This document shows, in pieces, positions 14,944 to 18,612 of a stretch of 18,612 nt of DNA. The notes below the pieces were generated by a model that was not told the origin of the DNA, did no database searches, and worked only from the letters and a program-made list of their open reading frames with translations. Each line of letters opens with the position of its first letter. The stretch's first letter is position 1. A program made the position numbers and the translations under genes. Where the stretch lies: the IMG/VR virus record IMGVR_UViG_2645727905_000004, positions 1-18,612 of that record. One strand, 5' to 3'. Source of the stretch: a virus. Its lineage: Duplodnaviria; Heunggongvirae; Uroviricota; Caudoviricetes.

Positions 14944-15968
14944 TGGGAAGACGAAGGAAAAATCCTGAACACGAAAAACTACCTCCAAATGTATACCCAA
15001 ATAAATATAGTTATGTATGGAAACCAACATCCAGAGAATCTGTCACACTAACCGCCATCAAGGATGGTTTAGCTGCTTTATGGAAAAAGTATGAGGAAAC
15101 TGTAAATAATCGCGATCGTGCAATGACATTCGGTCGCTTGTGGGAAAAATTCCTCGCCAGCGCCTATTACAGTGACCTCAGTCCAAGAACACAAAAAGAT
15201 TATCTGCAACATCAAAAAAAGTTGCTTGCCGTATTCGGTAAGGTGCCGGCAGATTCCATAAAACCAGAACACATCCGTCGATACATGGACAAGAGAGGGG
15301 AACAGAGTAAAACGCAAGCCAACCATGAAAAAAGCAGTATGTCCCGCGTTTACAGTTGGGGGTATGAGCGAGGGTACGTGAAGGCTAACCCATGTGCAGG
15401 TGTAAGTAAATTCAAGGCCAAAAACCGCGAACGATATGTAACCGACAAAGAATACCAGGCAGTATTAAGCGTTGCACCTCTTCCTGTTTTTATCGCAATG
15501 GAAATTGCCTATCTGTGTGCAGCGAGGGTTTCCGATGTGTTATCGCTGAAATGGGAGCAGATTGGAAACGACGGAATCTTTATCCAGCAAGGGAAAACAG
15601 GAAAAAAACAGATAAAAGCATGGAGTCCACGATTACAGGCGGCGATCGAAAAAGCAAAACAGTTACCAACATCCGCCTATGTAATCAGTAATCAATACGG
15701 CAACCGATATATGTACAAAGGCTTTAACGAAATGTGGGTAGAAGCAAGAAATCGCGCAGGCAAAATTTCAGGTATTTTAACCGACTTCACCTTTCATGAT
15801 CTGAAGGCGAAAGGAATTTCAGACTATGAAGGAAGCAGTCGGGATAAGCAACTTTTCTCTGGTCACAAAACCGAGGGGCAAGTGCTAATCTATGACAGGA
15901 AGGTTAAAGTTTCACCGACACTTGATGTCCCGTTACCTGAAAATATTCCAAGAAAATATTCCAAGTAA
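14943..15968 (+). CDS. phage integrase, tyrosine recombinase
   Basis: 341 aa; catalytic-region motifs AARVSDV, FHDLKAKG, HKTEGQVLIYDR; adjacent to a tRNA gene. Confidence 0.9.
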   Translation: MGRRRKNPEHEKLPPNVYPNKYSYVWKPTSRESVTLTAIKDGLAALWKKYEETVNNRDRAMTFGRLWEKFLASAYYSDLSPRTQKDYLQHQKKLLAVFGKVPADSIKPEHIRRYMDKRGEQSKTQANHEKSSMSRVYSWGYERGYVKANPCAGVSKFKAKNRERYVTDKEYQAVLSVAPLPVFIAMEIAYLCAARVSDVLSLKWEQIGNDGIFIQQGKTGKKQIKAWSPRLQAAIEKAKQLPTSAYVISNQYGNRYMYKGFNEMWVEARNRAGKISGILTDFTFHDLKAKGISDYEGSSRDKQLFSGHKTEGQVLIYDRKVKVSPTLDVPLPENIPRKYSK

Positions 15969-16020
15969 TTCCAAGTGTGATTTTTGTCACTGACTTAATG
16001 ATGTATAAGTGATTGAATTT

Positions 16021-16110
16021 TGGCGGAGAGAGGGGGATTTGAACCCCCGGTGGAGTTGCCCCCACTCCGGTTTTCGAGACCGGTCCGTTCAGCCGCTCCG
16101 GCATCTCTCC
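16021..16110 (-). tRNA. serU: tRNA-Ser (anticodon CGA), serU; prophage attachment site
   Basis: Reverse complement GGAGAGATGCCGGAGCGGCTGAACGGACCGGTCTCGAAAACCGGAGTGGGGGCAACTCCACCGGGGGTTCAAATCCCCCTCTCTCCGCCA, 90 nt with long variable arm. Confidence 0.9.
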
Positions 16111-16203
16111 GTTCAGATGGTTGCCATGATGCCAGGAAATTTGGCATTTTAACAGTCCCTGTCCGTGCAATTTTGTTCAAGTGACGAGTTTGCGAGCAAA
16201 ACG

Positions 16204-17001
16204 ATGATTAAGTGGCCCTGGAAAGTACAAGAATCAGCACATCAAACTGCCCTTCCCTGGCAGGAAGCACTATCGATCCCCCTTTTAACGTGTCTGACAG
16301 AACAGGAACAAAGCAAATTAGTCGCTCTTGCCGAACGTTTTTTACAACAAAAACGGCTTGTTCCTTTACAGGGCTTTGAGCTGAATTCATTAAGAAGCTG
16401 CCGGATAGCACTTCTATTTTGCCTGCCCGTTCTGGAGTTAGGACTGGAATGGCTGGATGGTTTTCATGAAGTCTTAATTTATCCTGCGCCATTTGTGGTC
16501 GATGATGAATGGGAAGACGATGTCGGTCTGGTGCATAACCAACGTATTGTTCAGTCAGGTCAGAGCTGGCAGCAAGGGCCTATCGTTTTGAACTGGTTGG
16601 ATATACAAGATTCTTTTGATGCTTCTGGTTTTAACCTGATTATTCATGAAGTCGCTCATAAGCTGGACACCCGTAACGGCGATCGCGCCAGCGGAGTTCC
16701 CTTTATTTCGTTGCGTGAGGTTGCTGGCTGGGAACACGATCTTCATGCTGCAATGAACAACATTCAGGAAGAAATCGAATTAGTTGGTGAGAATGCGGCG
16801 AGCATTGATGCTTATGCTGCCAGTGATCCTGCTGAATGTTTTGCCGTACTTTCTGAATATTTCTTTAGCGCCCCAGAACTTTTTGCTCCTCGTTTCCCTT
16901 CATTGTGGCAACGTTTCTGTCAATTTTATCAACAAGATCCTTTGCAGAGACTGCATCACGCTAATGATACAGACTCGTTTTCGGCGACGAATGTTCATTA
17001 A
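16204..17001 (+). CDS. mtfA: Mlc titration factor A (MtfA), host gene
   Basis: 265 aa from [23 protein letters not shown]..., matching E. coli MtfA as recalled; HEVAHKLD zinc-peptidase-like motif; the track ORF starts 13 codons upstream. Confidence 0.9.
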   Translation: MIKWPWKVQESAHQTALPWQEALSIPLLTCLTEQEQSKLVALAERFLQQKRLVPLQGFELNSLRSCRIALLFCLPVLELGLEWLDGFHEVLIYPAPFVVDDEWEDDVGLVHNQRIVQSGQSWQQGPIVLNWLDIQDSFDASGFNLIIHEVAHKLDTRNGDRASGVPFISLREVAGWEHDLHAAMNNIQEEIELVGENAASIDAYAASDPAECFAVLSEYFFSAPELFAPRFPSLWQRFCQFYQQDPLQRLHHANDTDSFSATNVH

Positions 17002-17101
17002 TTAACAACTTTGCAGATTAATTAACCAATTGAAATGGCTTATGAAATTTAGTGTTGACAGACAAGGTACCGCTAAGTAATATGCGCCCCGTTCTCACGA
17101 T

Positions 17102-17177
17102 TCCTCTGTAGTTCAGTCGGTAGAACGGCGGACTGTTAATCCGTATGTCACTGGTTCGAGTCCAGTCAGAGGAGCCA
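17102..17177 (+). tRNA. asnT: tRNA-Asn (anticodon GUU), host
   Basis: TCCTCTGTAGTTCAGTCGGTAGAACGGCGGACTGTTAATCCGTATGTCACTGGTTCGAGTCCAGTCAGAGGAGCCA; which asn paralogue it is follows from K-12 synteny with mtfA and serU. Confidence 0.9.
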
Positions 17178-17265
17178 AATTCTAAAGATTCGCTTTTTTA
17201 GCGCAATGTCACTGCTCTTAGTTGAGCATTGCTTTTTAACGGATAGCGGGTTTTTGACATCTTAA

Positions 17266-17298
17266 GCGCCCTCAATCTTCATGGTTGAGGGCGTTTTG
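17266..17298 (+). terminator. rho-independent terminator downstream of tRNA-Asn
   Basis: GCGCCCTCAA-tcttcatgg-TTGAGGGCG hairpin followed by TTTTG. Confidence 0.65.
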
Positions 17299-17439
17299 CT
17301 ATGAACGCCATCACCATTTTCCCCTTGATTATAAAACTTGAGTAATTCAGTAGTCTCCCCTCTTGCAACTCACACCCAAAACTGCTTAACGAAAAGTTAT
17401 TAATTTTCAATCATATTGCTATCAGGATCTACTTTTTTT

Positions 17440-18513
17440 CGCTGTGCTAGAAAGGGCGCATTTATGTTAGCTCGTTCAGGGAAGGTAACCGTGAAGGTTA
17501 CTGGCAACTCAAGCACCGCCCATGTTGCTAGCTTTATCGCTGATCCATCGACTATCGCCGCCACCAACAGTGATTTAAGTACCTTAAAGGCAACGGTTGA
17601 GGATGGCAGTGGTAACCTGATCGAAGGTCTCACTGTGTACTTCGCCTTAAAAAGCGGCTCCACCACATTAACGTCATTAACAGCAGTGACCGATCAAAAC
17701 GGAATCGCGACAACAAGCGTGAAAGGAGCGATAACGGGGAGCGTCACTGTAAGCACAGTCACAAGCAAACAGTAGATATATCGCTAGTGGCAGGCCCAGC
17801 AGACGCCTCGCAGTCCATCCTTAAGAACAACCAGTCATCACTGAAAGGGGACTTTACCGATAGTGCTGAGCTACATCTTGTTCTGCACGATATATCAGGC
17901 AATCCGATCAAAGTTTCTTAAGGGATGGAATTTGTGCAATCAGGTACAAACGTGCCCTATATGAAAATTAGCGCAATTGATTACAGTCAAAATATCAACG
18001 GTGATTACAAAGCTACTGTTACAGGAGGCGGAGAGGGTATCGCAACGCTGATCCCCGTATTGAATGGTGTTCATCAGACGGGCCTGAGTACCACGATAGA
18101 ATTCATTAGCGCGGAAACCAGACCAATGACCGGTACAGTGTCAGTGAATGGTGCAAACCTACCGACAGCTTCATTCCCTTCGCAGGGATTTACCGGGGCG
18201 TATTATCAGTTGAATAATGACAGCTTTGCACCAGGAAAAACGGCGGCTGATTATTTGTTTCAAGCTCGGCCTCCTGGGTAGGCGTTGATGCTACTGGTAA
18301 AGTGACATTCAAAAATGACGGTGATAGCAATACTGTAATAATCACAGCGCCCCCAAGATCCGGTGGTGCTATTTACCAAACAGTTCCGCATGAATCGCGT
18401 TCGGTGTGACTATGATCATTTTCGGTGAGTATTGCTTTGCTCCAAAGGCTGGTTTTCTGTGATGATTGACCAGCCTCAGAGTATTGATGACACTACCGTT
18501 CATAACAGATCGG
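17440..18513 (+). pseudogene. yeeJ: remnant of a YeeJ-type inverse-autotransporter adhesin gene: C-terminal Big-domain region only, frameshifted, truncated by IS1
   Basis: Big-domain-like translations spread over three frames (17416-17775, 17776-17924, 17925-18281, then a further frame to about 18410); they resemble the YeeJ C-terminal region as recalled; sequence stops at the IS1 end at 18514. Confidence 0.6.
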
Positions 18514-18612
18514 GGTAATGACTCCAACTTATTGATAGTGTTTTATGTTCAGATAATGCCCGATGACCTTGTCATGCAGCTCCACCGATTTTGAGAACGA
18601 CAGTGACTTCCG
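18514..18612 (-). mobile_element. IS1 insertion sequence, right-end inverted repeat and adjacent ~100 bp (element continues rightward off-window)
   Basis: GGTAATGACTCCAACTTATTGATAGTGTTTTATGTTCAGATAATGCCCGATGAC... is the reverse complement of the IS1 right end, nearly identical to canonical IS1 as recalled. Confidence 0.85.

Noticed and set aside
15078-15326. 82-aa minus ORF inside int
   Set aside because: Antisense to the integrase coding sequence.
15904-16180. Minus-strand ORFs (88 and 61 aa) spanning the int 3' end and serU
   Set aside because: Overlap the tRNA-Ser gene and the integrase; the translation of the tRNA region is Gly/Pro-rich nonsense.
16208-17005. ORFs antisense to or overlapping mtfA (94, 63, 73 aa)
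   Set aside because: Embedded in the confidently identified mtfA gene.
17400-17666. 88-aa minus ORF antisense to the yeeJ remnant
   Set aside because: Antisense to Big-domain coding sequence; no support.
1-18612. CRISPR array or cas genes
   Set aside because: No array of regularly spaced direct repeats with unique spacers was seen; the only tandem repeats are the iterons at 8057-8167, which sit inside a gene and are origin-like.

Overview
This window is an E. coli chromosomal segment bounded on both sides by IS1-type ends (1-98 and 18514-18612, same orientation). Positions ~99-16020 are a truncated lambdoid prophage of the Qin/Kim (dicB-type) family integrated at tRNA-Ser serU. On the minus strand, an early-right operon runs from a YdaS-like Cro through a YdaT-like protein, an O-like initiator with in-gene iteron origin, a DnaC-like loader, an accessory cluster, a stand-alone hokD-type toxin, ydfU-like, RusA and a Q antiterminator, followed by a late promoter/terminator and two phage tRNAs; the lysis and structural genes are missing. 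On the plus strand, a DicA-like repressor is followed by ydfA-ydfB-ydfC, an inserted pair of unknown ORFs, a structured non-coding stretch, a dicF-like sRNA, dicB, ydfD, a large RecE-annotated-type exonuclease, xis and int. Host DNA follows: serU, mtfA, tRNA-Asn, and a deleted, frameshifted yeeJ-type adhesin remnant cut by IS1. The most likely novel content is the two-gene insertion plus structured RNA in the dicB operon, and the uncharacterised early-right cluster next to hok. All protein calls rest on by-eye translation and recalled family motifs; no database search was run.
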